In this document: positions 1-8,355 of the stretch, piece by piece
Numbering within the stretch: the stretch's first letter is position 1
Layout of the letters: the number at the start of each line of letters is the position of its first letter
Origin: Bacteroides sp.
GTDB taxonomy: Bacteria > Bacteroidota > Bacteroidia > Bacteroidales > Muribaculaceae
Reading direction: 5' to 3'
Length of the DNA stretch: 64,000 bases
NCBI GenBank assembly: GCA_014801985.1
Contig: JAAVDD010000010.1
Span: 35,107-99,106 of the forward strand
The notes under the pieces: generated by a model
What the model was told of the DNA's origin: nothing
Databases searched by the model: none
Seen by the model: only the letters and a program-made list of their open reading frames with translations
Made by a program: the position numbers and the translations under genes

Positions 1-333
1 CTTGACAACGCAGTGAAGTATATGCGGGAGGATGTAGAGCCCAATCTGAGCATTTCGACACGCGACATATCCGGTCAGCGACTTGAAATAAGAGTCTCCG
101 ACAATGGTATCGGTATTAAAAAAGAGGATATTAAACGAATCTTTGATAAGTTCTATCGCGTATCTACAGGAAACCGTCATGATGTAAAAGGTTTCGGTCT
201 GGGACTCGCATACGTGAAAAAGATGATAACTCTCTTCGGAGGCACTATATCCGTTGAAAGTGAGCTTGGGAAAGGATCTACCTTCATTATCACGTTGCCC
301 CTCACCGCAGGTGCGGAGGAGGATGAAGAATAA
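1..333 (+). CDS. Sensor histidine kinase, C-terminal HATPase_c fragment (5'-truncated by the window; RprX-like)
   Basis: Frame open from base 1: N-box LDNAVKY, G1 DNGIGI, F-box IFDKFYR, G2 GFGLGL, GKGSTF. Directly upstream of an OmpR-family regulator. Confidence 0.9.
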   Translation, partial: LDNAVKYMREDVEPNLSISTRDISGQRLEIRVSDNGIGIKKEDIKRIFDKFYRVSTGNRHDVKGFGLGLAYVKKMITLFGGTISVESELGKGSTFIITLPLTAGAEEDEE

Positions 334-451
334 TCTTTCTCCCTCATTTATAATTTATTATTAACATTTTTAACTAATGCAAAGGAAAATTGCGTTTTGA
401 AATGTTATTAATAATGTATAAACTTTTAGAAAAATAAAAAACAATATAACC

Positions 452-1168
452 ATGGATGATAAACTTAAAATACTTCTCTGCGAGGATGATGAAAATCTCG
501 GAATGCTTCTGAGAGAATTTCTTCAGGCAAAGGGATTCAATGCAGATCTCTATCCCGACGGAGAAAAGGGATATAAGGCTTTCCTGAAAGGGAAGTATGA
601 TATGTGTGTGCTCGATGTGATGATGCCTAAGAAGGATGGCTTTACTCTCGCACAAGAGATTCGAAACGTAAACGGAGAGGTGCCTATCGTTTTCCTTACT
701 GCGAAGGCTTTGAAGGAAGATATTCTCGAAGGTTTTAAGATCGGAGCTGACGATTATATCACAAAACCTTTCTCCATGGAAGAATTAGTGTTCCGTATCG
801 GTGCTATTCTCCGTCGCGTCAAAGGGAAGAAAGATAAGGAAATCACCCTGTATAAAATCGGAAAGTATACTTTCGATACTCAGAAACAAGTGCTTATCGC
901 TGACGACAAGACTCAGAAGCTAACCACCAAGGAATCTGAGCTTCTTGCCCTTCTATGTTCACACGTCAACGATATTCTTGAGCGTAATTTCGCCCTTAAG
1001 TCTATCTGGATTGATGATAACTACTTCAATGCAAGAAGTATGGATGTATATATCACCAAACTCCGTAAGCTTCTTAAGGATGATCCTTCCATCGAAATCA
1101 TCAACATCCATGGTAAGGGTTACAAACTGATTGCCCCGGATGTAGAGACCGAGACTGCGGAAGATTGA
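452..1168 (+). CDS. rprY: OmpR/PhoB-family response regulator (RprY-like)
   Basis: REC domain (CEDD, LDVMMP, FLTAK, KPF) plus winged helix (NARSMDVYITKLRK, INIHGKGY), typical of Bacteroidales RprY. Confidence 0.85.
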   Translation: MDDKLKILLCEDDENLGMLLREFLQAKGFNADLYPDGEKGYKAFLKGKYDMCVLDVMMPKKDGFTLAQEIRNVNGEVPIVFLTAKALKEDILEGFKIGADDYITKPFSMEELVFRIGAILRRVKGKKDKEITLYKIGKYTFDTQKQVLIADDKTQKLTTKESELLALLCSHVNDILERNFALKSIWIDDNYFNARSMDVYITKLRKLLKDDPSIEIINIHGKGYKLIAPDVETETAED

Positions 1169-1221
1169 TCCATATTTTCATTGAATATTATATAAATCAT
1201 TGAAGGCTTCTTTGAAGATTT

Positions 1222-1274
1222 CTATAAAAAATAGCAAAGACTGGATTTTTCCTGTTCTTTGTTATTTTTTATAG
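1222..1274 (+). terminator. Intrinsic terminator hairpin after the response regulator
   Basis: CTATAAAAAATAGCAAAGA / TCTTTGTTATTTTTTATAG, 19-bp arms with one G-U pair. Confidence 0.6.
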
Positions 1275-1325
1275 TTGTATTTTTCTTATTCCTATAATAC
1301 TTATTTTTAATCGGCTCCCCATTTC

Positions 1326-2057
1326 ATGAATAAAATGTTCAGACCGCTATATTTCATCTATCAATGGTTAATCGCAGGCCCTATTTTTGTAGTGGCAACT
1401 TTTATCACCGCCATAATCACTGCCATAGGATCAATGATCGGCAACCGGGATTTCTGGGGATACTGGCCCCCAAAGTACTGGTCGATGTTCACTTGCTGGA
1501 TTTTCCTTATGAGAGTCAAGGTGGTAGGTCGAGAAAATATAGTTAAAAATGAGTCTTACGTTTTTGTTGCTAATCATCAGGGCGCATACGATATATGGTC
1601 AATTTACGGATATCTGAACCATAATTTCAAATGGCTGATGAAAAAGGAGCTGGAAAAAATTTTTGCTGTTGGATGGGCTTGTAAAAAATCAGGACATGTC
1701 TTTGTCGATGATTCAAGTATACACGGAATAAAATCCACCATCAAAGATTCGGAGGAGACTCTAAAAGATGGTATGTCACTTGTGATTTTCCCTGAGGGAA
1801 GTCGAAGTTGGGATGGGAAAATGATTCCTTTCAAACGTGGAGCTTTCATGCTTGCAGCAGAATTCGGACTTCCGGTGGTTCCAATCACTATTGATGGCAG
1901 TTTCAAGGCATTGCCTCGCTTCACCTATAATATGACACCAGCAAAAATCACGCTTACTATTCATAAGCCGATTTATCCGGGAGAAAAAGGGTTTAACACT
2001 AAACAATTGTTAATGCAATGTACAGAAGAGATACAGTCAGCACTCTCCTCGCAATAG
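1326..2057 (+). CDS. plsC: 1-acyl-sn-glycerol-3-phosphate acyltransferase
   Basis: NHQGAYD (HX4D), FPEGSRS, FKRGAF and PVVPI motifs; N-terminal membrane segment. Confidence 0.88.
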   Translation: MNKMFRPLYFIYQWLIAGPIFVVATFITAIITAIGSMIGNRDFWGYWPPKYWSMFTCWIFLMRVKVVGRENIVKNESYVFVANHQGAYDIWSIYGYLNHNFKWLMKKELEKIFAVGWACKKSGHVFVDDSSIHGIKSTIKDSEETLKDGMSLVIFPEGSRSWDGKMIPFKRGAFMLAAEFGLPVVPITIDGSFKALPRFTYNMTPAKITLTIHKPIYPGEKGFNTKQLLMQCTEEIQSALSSQ

Positions 2058-2824
2058 CAGGATCTGACAATACAGGCGGGGCTGGAATTCAGGCTGATAT
2101 AAAAACTGCTTCCGCTTTCGGAGTTTTTGCTTCTTCAGCAGTGACAGCACTCACTGCTCAAAAGGAGAATGTTATATGTGGCCTCACTCCCGTATCCCTT
2201 GATATGATAGCGCTGCAGATAGATACCCTATTTCAGTCATTTACTCCCGATGCTGTCAAAATAGGAATGATTCCATCCCCGGAAGCTGTAGCTATTATTG
2301 CTGAGAAACTGACTGAATATGGTGCCCGCAATATTGTTGTAGACCCCATTATAGTCTCATTGGAAGGAGAAAATCTTAAAGGGAAAAATCTGGAAATTTT
2401 TCAGGCGATTAAAGAGAGGCTGTTTCCCATCTCCACCCTGGTGACACCCAATTTTGAGGAAGCTCTGGCCATCACCGGACTTGAGAAACTTGAAAGCGCA
2501 AAGGATTTTGGAAAGATTTTATATGAGAAATCCGGTGCTCCGGCTGTTTTACTTAAGGGAGGCGACAGCAAGTCGGAATATTGCACAGATATCCTCTTCA
2601 CAGATGAAGATACCCGAATGTTCCGGCAGTCAAAGATTAATGCCTCCAACACACACGGCACGGGAAGTGTTTTCTCCACTGCCATTGCCTGTGGATTGGC
2701 AAAGGGATTTCTTTTGTCTAAAGCAGTCAGGATGGCTAAAGATTATGTATCATTTGCCATTCAGAAGGGAGTGGATATGAGGCTCTCTTTCGGGAACGGA
2801 CCGCTCTATCTCTTTGATAATTAA
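2018..2824 (+). CDS. thiD: HMP/HMP-P kinase homologue (ThiD family), divergent active site
   Basis: IAGSDNTGGAGIQADIKT, KIGM, VVDP, TPN and HGTGS motifs. Overlaps the plsC 3' end by 40 nt. Confidence 0.8.
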   Translation: MYRRDTVSTLLAIAGSDNTGGAGIQADIKTASAFGVFASSAVTALTAQKENVICGLTPVSLDMIALQIDTLFQSFTPDAVKIGMIPSPEAVAIIAEKLTEYGARNIVVDPIIVSLEGENLKGKNLEIFQAIKERLFPISTLVTPNFEEALAITGLEKLESAKDFGKILYEKSGAPAVLLKGGDSKSEYCTDILFTDEDTRMFRQSKINASNTHGTGSVFSTAIACGLAKGFLLSKAVRMAKDYVSFAIQKGVDMRLSFGNGPLYLFDN

Positions 2825-2849
2825 TTAGCACTAACTTCTACTGATAATT

Positions 2850-2875
2850 ATAAACCATTCTCACTTTTATTCGTT
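2850..2875 (+). promoter_or_regulatory. Putative ECF-sigma-type promoter upstream of the thiE-like gene
   Basis: ATAAAC-N16-CGTT ending 23 nt before the ATG. Confidence 0.4.
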
Positions 2876-2898
2876 ATAAAGGTAAAAGATTATTCATT

Positions 2899-3540
2899 AT
2901 GCTTCAATTTATAACAAACGATAAGTCAAGTGTCTCCGTTGTTGACCAGATCAAGGGTTTCATTAGTGGCGGCGGACGCTGGGTACAAGTAAGAATGGAC
3001 AATGCTTCGGATGAAGAAATTAGCAAAGTTGTAGAAGAGGTCAAACCTTTGTGTACAGAGGTGCAGGGATTTCTTCTCCTTCATAATCGTGTTGAACTTG
3101 CCAAGACGCTTGATGTCGGAGGAGTTCATCTGGAAAAATCAGGAGTGCTCCCTTCCAAAGCTCGTCTCGAATTAGGGCCGGCTGCCGTAATTGGAGTTTC
3201 TGTCAACACAATCGACGATATTAAGGCAGTAAGATCCCTTGATGTGGATTACGTTGCGATGGGTCCTTTACGTGAAGGATATCTTTTTGATTCCTCTACA
3301 CCGGTTCTTGGATTTGATGGGATAAAGATGCTTGTTGACGAAATGCAATCTCTTGAAATCAACATTGCTCACGTAGCTGCAGGAGGTATTAGTAAGGAGG
3401 ATGCCGTAGAGCTGCTTAAAATGGGGGTAAATGGTCTTGCTGTAAGTGATGCAATCGCTTGTGCTGCGGACGTCAAGAAGGAAACAGAGGAATTCCTCAA
3501 AATAATTAAACCATTCGAGAAATTTAAAGATGAAGCATAG
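2899..3540 (+). CDS. thiE: Thiamine-phosphate synthase/TenI family protein, divergent active site
   Basis: MLQFIT start, WVQVRM, GVHL, IGVS, DYVAMGP, AAGGI and GLAVS motifs of the TMP-TENI fold. Confidence 0.75.
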   Translation: MLQFITNDKSSVSVVDQIKGFISGGGRWVQVRMDNASDEEISKVVEEVKPLCTEVQGFLLLHNRVELAKTLDVGGVHLEKSGVLPSKARLELGPAAVIGVSVNTIDDIKAVRSLDVDYVAMGPLREGYLFDSSTPVLGFDGIKMLVDEMQSLEINIAHVAAGGISKEDAVELLKMGVNGLAVSDAIACAADVKKETEEFLKIIKPFEKFKDEA

Positions 3541-3600
3541 GATGCTTCTGAGATTATATATTCACCAAGGATTAAATTAATCCCAAAATCTATTATTATT

Positions 3601-4188
3601 ATGAAATTCACACAACCAAGACTCCCCTATTCAGTTGATGCTCTTGCACCGGTGATTTCTCCGGTAACTATCGACTACCATTACGGAAAACATGAAAAAG
3701 CATATATCGACACACTCAATACGCTTATCGAAGGCACTAAGTATGAAGATATGTCGCTGGAAGATATCATCCGCAATTCAGAAGGCAAGCTTTTCAATCA
3801 AGCTTCACAGGCTTGGAACCATATTCTATATTTCTTCCAATTCTCCCCTTCCGGTCGCAGAGAGCCAATCGGAACCTTGAGAGAGAAGATCGACGAGCAG
3901 TTCGGATCATTTGAAGACTTCAAGAAGAAAGTGGAGGAAGCAGGAGTGTCCCTCTTCGGCTCTGGATGGGTATGGCTGTCAGCTGATTCTAATGGAAAAC
4001 TCTTCATTACGCAGGGTTCCAACGCGGAAAACCCCTTAACAAAGGGGTTAAATCCCATATTCGTGTTTGATGTTTGGGAACACGCCTACTATCTCGACTA
4101 TCAGAATCGCAGGGCGGAATATCTCTCCCGTCTATGGGATATCGTAGATTGGTCGATTATTGAACGCAGATACGAAGGCGAGGAATAA
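3601..4188 (+). CDS. sodB: Fe/Mn superoxide dismutase
   Basis: HYGKH, QAWNH, FGSGWVWL and DVWEHAYY metal-ligand motifs. Confidence 0.95.
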   Translation: MKFTQPRLPYSVDALAPVISPVTIDYHYGKHEKAYIDTLNTLIEGTKYEDMSLEDIIRNSEGKLFNQASQAWNHILYFFQFSPSGRREPIGTLREKIDEQFGSFEDFKKKVEEAGVSLFGSGWVWLSADSNGKLFITQGSNAENPLTKGLNPIFVFDVWEHAYYLDYQNRRAEYLSRLWDIVDWSIIERRYEGEE

Positions 4189-4208
4189 TCTTATGAATAT
4201 CTAATACG

Positions 4209-4250
4209 ATGGAACCGGAATCATTATGATTTCGGTTCCATTTATTTTAT
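4209..4250 (+). terminator. Intrinsic terminator after sod
   Basis: ATGGAACCGGAATCAT / ATGATTTCGGTTCCAT stem followed by a T-rich tract. Confidence 0.75.
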
Positions 4251-4406
4251 TTTAAATGAGTGGTTTAATAAAAATATTAGGGAATAAACTGATTTTTTGA
4301 ATATTTTTTAACATAATATTTATGATAAAAAGGAATCATTGATTGTTATAAAATTAATTGTTTAAAACAGAGATTGTCTATATAAGATACACTTTATATT
4401 TCACAG

Positions 4407-4766
4407 ATGCAGAATAATTTGGATTTAATTCCGGTAATTGTAGAAGCTATCCAAAATAAAAAGGGAAAGAAGATTACCACTATTGACTTTTCCAGCATTG
4501 ATGGCGCCTCGACCGGAGGCTTTATTATTTGTGAAGGACGAAGCACTTCACAAGTTTCGGCAATCGCCGATGAGGTGAGAGATTTCATCTTCCGTCAGAC
4601 TGGCCGTAAGCCCTATAATTATGACGGTTACCGCAACTCACAATGGATTGTAATTGATTACGGGGATTTGATGGTACACGTATTCCTCCCGGAATTCCGC
4701 GAATTCTATAACCTTGAAGATCTTTGGAGCGATGGTGAAACCACTTTAATTCCGGATATTGATTAA
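4407..4766 (+). CDS. rsfS: Ribosome silencing factor (Iojap/RsfS)
   Basis: KKG..I..ID, FIICEGRS..QV, WIVIDYGDLMVHVF, REFYNLEDLW. Confidence 0.93.
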   Translation: MQNNLDLIPVIVEAIQNKKGKKITTIDFSSIDGASTGGFIICEGRSTSQVSAIADEVRDFIFRQTGRKPYNYDGYRNSQWIVIDYGDLMVHVFLPEFREFYNLEDLWSDGETTLIPDID

Positions 4767-4814
4767 TTTTCTCAATTTCGGTATGCTTTACCGACAGAAC
4801 CAACCTAATAAAAA

Positions 4815-6887
4815 ATGGCTAAACAAAATAGAAACAATAGGAAATCTTTGAAAAACCTTTATTGGTTTTATGCTCTGATAATCCTGGCTCTTTGCGCGCT
4901 ATATTATTTTCAAGACAGCTCGCAAATAAAAATAGTCGATTGGACCACATTCGAACAAGGAGCCGCAAAGGGTGACGTAGATAAAATTGTCGTTTTCTCT
5001 GAAAGCGGTACAGCCGAAGGTTACCTAACCGAACAAGGGGAGAAAAATCCTAAATATGAGTTCCAGAATCCGATGGGTATCACCGATGCCAAAAAAATAA
5101 AGGCTACCATCCCCTCCACCGATAAGATTCAGGATAAAATCGACCAGTGGAATGTGGCGCTGGCTGCCGAGGGGAAGCCTGAAATAAAGGTTTCATACGA
5201 AAAGGGCAGCGACCTTATGAAAATCTTCTGGTATTTCGGCCCAATACTTCTTATCTTCGGTTTCATGTATTTCATGTCGCGTCGCATGGGAGGTGGAAGT
5301 GGTGGTGGAGGTATTTTCAATGTTGGAAAATCCAAAGCACTTGTTTTCGATAAAAACAATAAGACCAACGTCACATTTAAGGATGTAGCCGGACTGGCAG
5401 AGGCCAAAGTAGAGATTGAGGAGATAGTAGAGTTTTTGAAGAATCCTCAGCGTTACACTGAATTGGGTGCAAAAATACCTCGCGGTGCGCTCCTCGTAGG
5501 CCCTCCGGGAACCGGTAAGACCCTTCTGGCCAAAGCTGTGGCCGGAGAAGCAAATGTGCCATTCTTCTCCATGTCAGGTTCCGATTTTGTCGAGATGTTT
5601 GTTGGTGTGGGTGCAGCCCGTGTCCGCGACCTCTTCAAACAGGCTAAAGAGAAAGCCCCGTGTATCATTTTTATCGATGAGATTGATGCAGTGGGTCGTG
5701 CACGTGGAAAGAATCCGAATATGGGTTCCAACGATGAACGAGAAAACACTCTTAACGCTATGCTGACTGAAATGGATGGTTTCCAATCCAATAGCGGTGT
5801 AATCTGTCTTGCAGCCACCAACCGTGCGGATATGCTTGACAAGGCATTGCTTCGCCCCGGCCGTTTTGACCGTCAGATTTATGTTGACCTCCCTGAACTT
5901 ACAGACCGTATTGAAATCTTCAATGTTCATCTTCGCAATATTAAGGTTAACAGTAAACTTGATGTTGAGCAGCTTGCTCGCCAGACCCAAGGCTTCTCCG
6001 GTGCGGATATTGCTAATGTCTGCAATGAGGCAGCCCTTATTGCTGCTCGTAATAATAAGGCGGAAGTTGACTGGGATGATTTCATGGGTGCGATCGACCG
6101 TATTGTCGGTGGTCTTGAGAAGAAATCAAGAATCATCACGGATGATGAGAAAAAGTCTATTGCCACCCATGAGGCAGGGCATGCCACAATCGGCTGGCTC
6201 ACCCAATACGGTAATCCTCTTTTGAAAGTTACAATCGTCCCGCGTGGACGTGCGCTTGGAGCGGCTTGGTACGCACCTGAAGGACGTCAGATTATGCCCA
6301 CTCAAGCTCTTCTTGATGAAATGTGTGGTCTTCTTGGAGGTCGCGCCGCAGAAGAGGTATTCTTAGGGGAAGTCGGCACAGGAGCAAGTAATGACCTTGA
6401 ACGTTGCACAAAAATTGCCCGTGCTCTCGTGGTGGTTTATGGTATGAGCGACAAACTCCCCAATCTCAACTATTCTGATTCAACCGGTCAGGATATGGGA
6501 TTCACCAAGCCTTATTCCGAGGAGACTGCAAAAATCATTGATGATGAGGTGATGAGAATCATCAATGAACAGTATGAGCGCGCGAAATCTATTCTTCGTC
6601 AATATGCTGCACAGCATAATAAGATTCGTGACCTCCTTGTTGAACGAGAGGTGATTTTCCATGATGATGTGGAGGAAATCCTTGGTAAGCGTCAGTGGAA
6701 ATCCCGCACCGACGAGATAATGGAAATCAATAAGAAGGATGAAGAGAAGAGAGCAAAGGAAGCCGAAGAGAATGATGTCAATGAGCTTGACTCACTTTTT
6801 GATAAAAAAGTGAGGCCAAAGAAAGCTCCTGAAAAAAGCGATAACGAGGATGATCCCGGCACTCCTCCTCCCTTCACTAAGGAATAA
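4815..6887 (+). CDS. ftsH: ATP-dependent zinc metalloprotease FtsH
   Basis: Two TM helices, Walker A GPPGTGKT, pore FVG, Walker [24 protein letters not shown] Zn motif. Confidence 0.97.
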   Translation: MAKQNRNNRKSLKNLYWFYALIILALCALYYFQDSSQIKIVDWTTFEQGAAKGDVDKIVVFSESGTAEGYLTEQGEKNPKYEFQNPMGITDAKKIKATIPSTDKIQDKIDQWNVALAAEGKPEIKVSYEKGSDLMKIFWYFGPILLIFGFMYFMSRRMGGGSGGGGIFNVGKSKALVFDKNNKTNVTFKDVAGLAEAKVEIEEIVEFLKNPQRYTELGAKIPRGALLVGPPGTGKTLLAKAVAGEANVPFFSMSGSDFVEMFVGVGAARVRDLFKQAKEKAPCIIFIDEIDAVGRARGKNPNMGSNDERENTLNAMLTEMDGFQSNSGVICLAATNRADMLDKALLRPGRFDRQIYVDLPELTDRIEIFNVHLRNIKVNSKLDVEQLARQTQGFSGADIANVCNEAALIAARNNKAEVDWDDFMGAIDRIVGGLEKKSRIITDDEKKSIATHEAGHATIGWLTQYGNPLLKVTIVPRGRALGAAWYAPEGRQIMPTQALLDEMCGLLGGRAAEEVFLGEVGTGASNDLERCTKIARALVVVYGMSDKLPNLNYSDSTGQDMGFTKPYSEETAKIIDDEVMRIINEQYERAKSILRQYAAQHNKIRDLLVEREVIFHDDVEEILGKRQWKSRTDEIMEINKKDEEKRAKEAEENDVNELDSLFDKKVRPKKAPEKSDNEDDPGTPPPFTKE

Positions 6888-6947
6888 TTCATAACTCTAT
6901 TTTATTAGCCGCGCAATTTAGTGCGGCTAATAAAATAGAGTTATGAA
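6888..6947. terminator. Perfect 25-bp inverted repeat after ftsH (terminator-like hairpin)
   Basis: TTCATAACTCTATTTTATTAGCCGC (6888-6912) / GCGGCTAATAAAATAGAGTTATGAA (6923-6947). Confidence 0.75.
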
Positions 6948-7042
6948 AACTATTTTTATAATATTCGTTTCCATTTATGTTTATTATTGGTCGATTTGGA
7001 ACATTCTTCTCCTTTTTGTTTTATTAAAATGGAGAAATTAAC

Positions 7043-7050
7043 TAAATTTG
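7043..7050 (+). promoter_or_regulatory. Bacteroidetes primary-sigma -7 element for the RND operon
   Basis: TAAATTTG matches TAnnTTTG, about 90 nt before the ATG. Confidence 0.5.
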
Positions 7051-7139
7051 CATTAAATATTATAAAAACACCCAAAACAGTTAGCTGATTAGCTCGCGTA
7101 TATCAAAAGACATAAAATAATACTTATAAATAAGTCAAT

Positions 7140-8306
7140 ATGAGAATTAAGACTCTAAATGCATTGATGCTGCCGGCATTGGCAGCGTCGCTCATTCTTC
7201 CCTCATGTAAAGGGAAAGATGCACAGCAACAGCAGGGACAGATGGTTCCTGAATTGGCAGTCATCACCGTAGGGGAAGAGGACACTAAACTTGAGACAAG
7301 TTTTCCTGCCACTCTTCACGGAGAAAATGACGTTGAAATCCGTCCGCAGATTTCCGGATTTCTTACAAAGGTACATGTTCAAGAAGGACAGCATGTCTCC
7401 AAAGGCCAGGTACTTTTCACTATCGATCAAGTGTCACTTCAGGCCACAGTAGATGCAGCTCAGGCGGCCGTACAGTCGGCATCAGCTCAGGTAAATGTTG
7501 CCCAAGCTAATGTAAACACCGCTCAGACCAACGCCAACAATAACAAGATTCTTCTCGATAAGAATATCATTTCGGCCTCTGCTTACCAGACTTCGGTTGA
7601 CGCGCTTAATGCTGCCAAGTCACAACTCAACGCCGCAAAGGCAGGACACGCACAGGCTAATGCTCAGCTTGTATCTGCAAAAAAGAATCTCTCATATTCT
7701 ACTGTGACCGCTCCCGTTTCCGGTGTGGTCGGTGTAATCGATAATAAAGAGGGTGCCCTTGTATCCCCCTCTACTCTGCTTACCGTGCTCTCCAATAATT
7801 CAGATATCGAGGCCTATTTCTCACTTAACGAGAAGGATCTTCTTTCCATGACCGACAATGGAAAGAGATCTATAAAGGAGGCTATCGCCCAAATGCCGGA
7901 TGTGACTCTTCTTCTTGCTAATGGAGAGAGATACAGTCGTCCAGGAAAGATCGTATCCATCTCAGGTGTGATTGATCCTACAACCGGATCGGCTTCTGCC
8001 AAGGCTTTATTCCCAAATCCCGACGGCATGATAAATAGCGGTGCAACAGGCCAGGTTCTTATCCCCTCTTTGCGCACAAATGCCATACTTATCCCTCAGA
8101 CCGCTACATACGAGGTTCAGGACATGAAGTTCTGCTATGTGGTTGGCGATTCCAGCAAGGTGCATTCAGCTCCAATCACTGTCGCCCCTGAGAACGACGG
8201 ACAAACATATATTGTTACCGGAGGTCTTAAACCCGGGGATGTGATTGTCACTGAGGGTGTAGGCATCTCGGTAAAGGATAACATGGTGATCAAACCTAAA
8301 AAATAA
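7140..8306 (+). CDS. RND efflux periplasmic adaptor (membrane fusion lipoprotein)
   Basis: Lipobox LPSC, VEIRPQISG, GQHVSKGQVLF, long Ala/Gln hairpin, TAPVSG, GGLKPGD. Confidence 0.93.
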   Translation: MRIKTLNALMLPALAASLILPSCKGKDAQQQQGQMVPELAVITVGEEDTKLETSFPATLHGENDVEIRPQISGFLTKVHVQEGQHVSKGQVLFTIDQVSLQATVDAAQAAVQSASAQVNVAQANVNTAQTNANNNKILLDKNIISASAYQTSVDALNAAKSQLNAAKAGHAQANAQLVSAKKNLSYSTVTAPVSGVVGVIDNKEGALVSPSTLLTVLSNNSDIEAYFSLNEKDLLSMTDNGKRSIKEAIAQMPDVTLLLANGERYSRPGKIVSISGVIDPTTGSASAKALFPNPDGMINSGATGQVLIPSLRTNAILIPQTATYEVQDMKFCYVVGDSSKVHSAPITVAPENDGQTYIVTGGLKPGDVIVTEGVGISVKDNMVIKPKK

Positions 8307-8355
8307 ACGCATAGATTGAATTCGAATTCGACTTTAATCTATAAAGAATTGCTTT

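Noticed and set aside
1950-2898. TPP riboswitch expected near thiD/thiE
   Set aside because: No CTGAGA...ACCTGA...AGCGxAGG signature; thiD has no leader.
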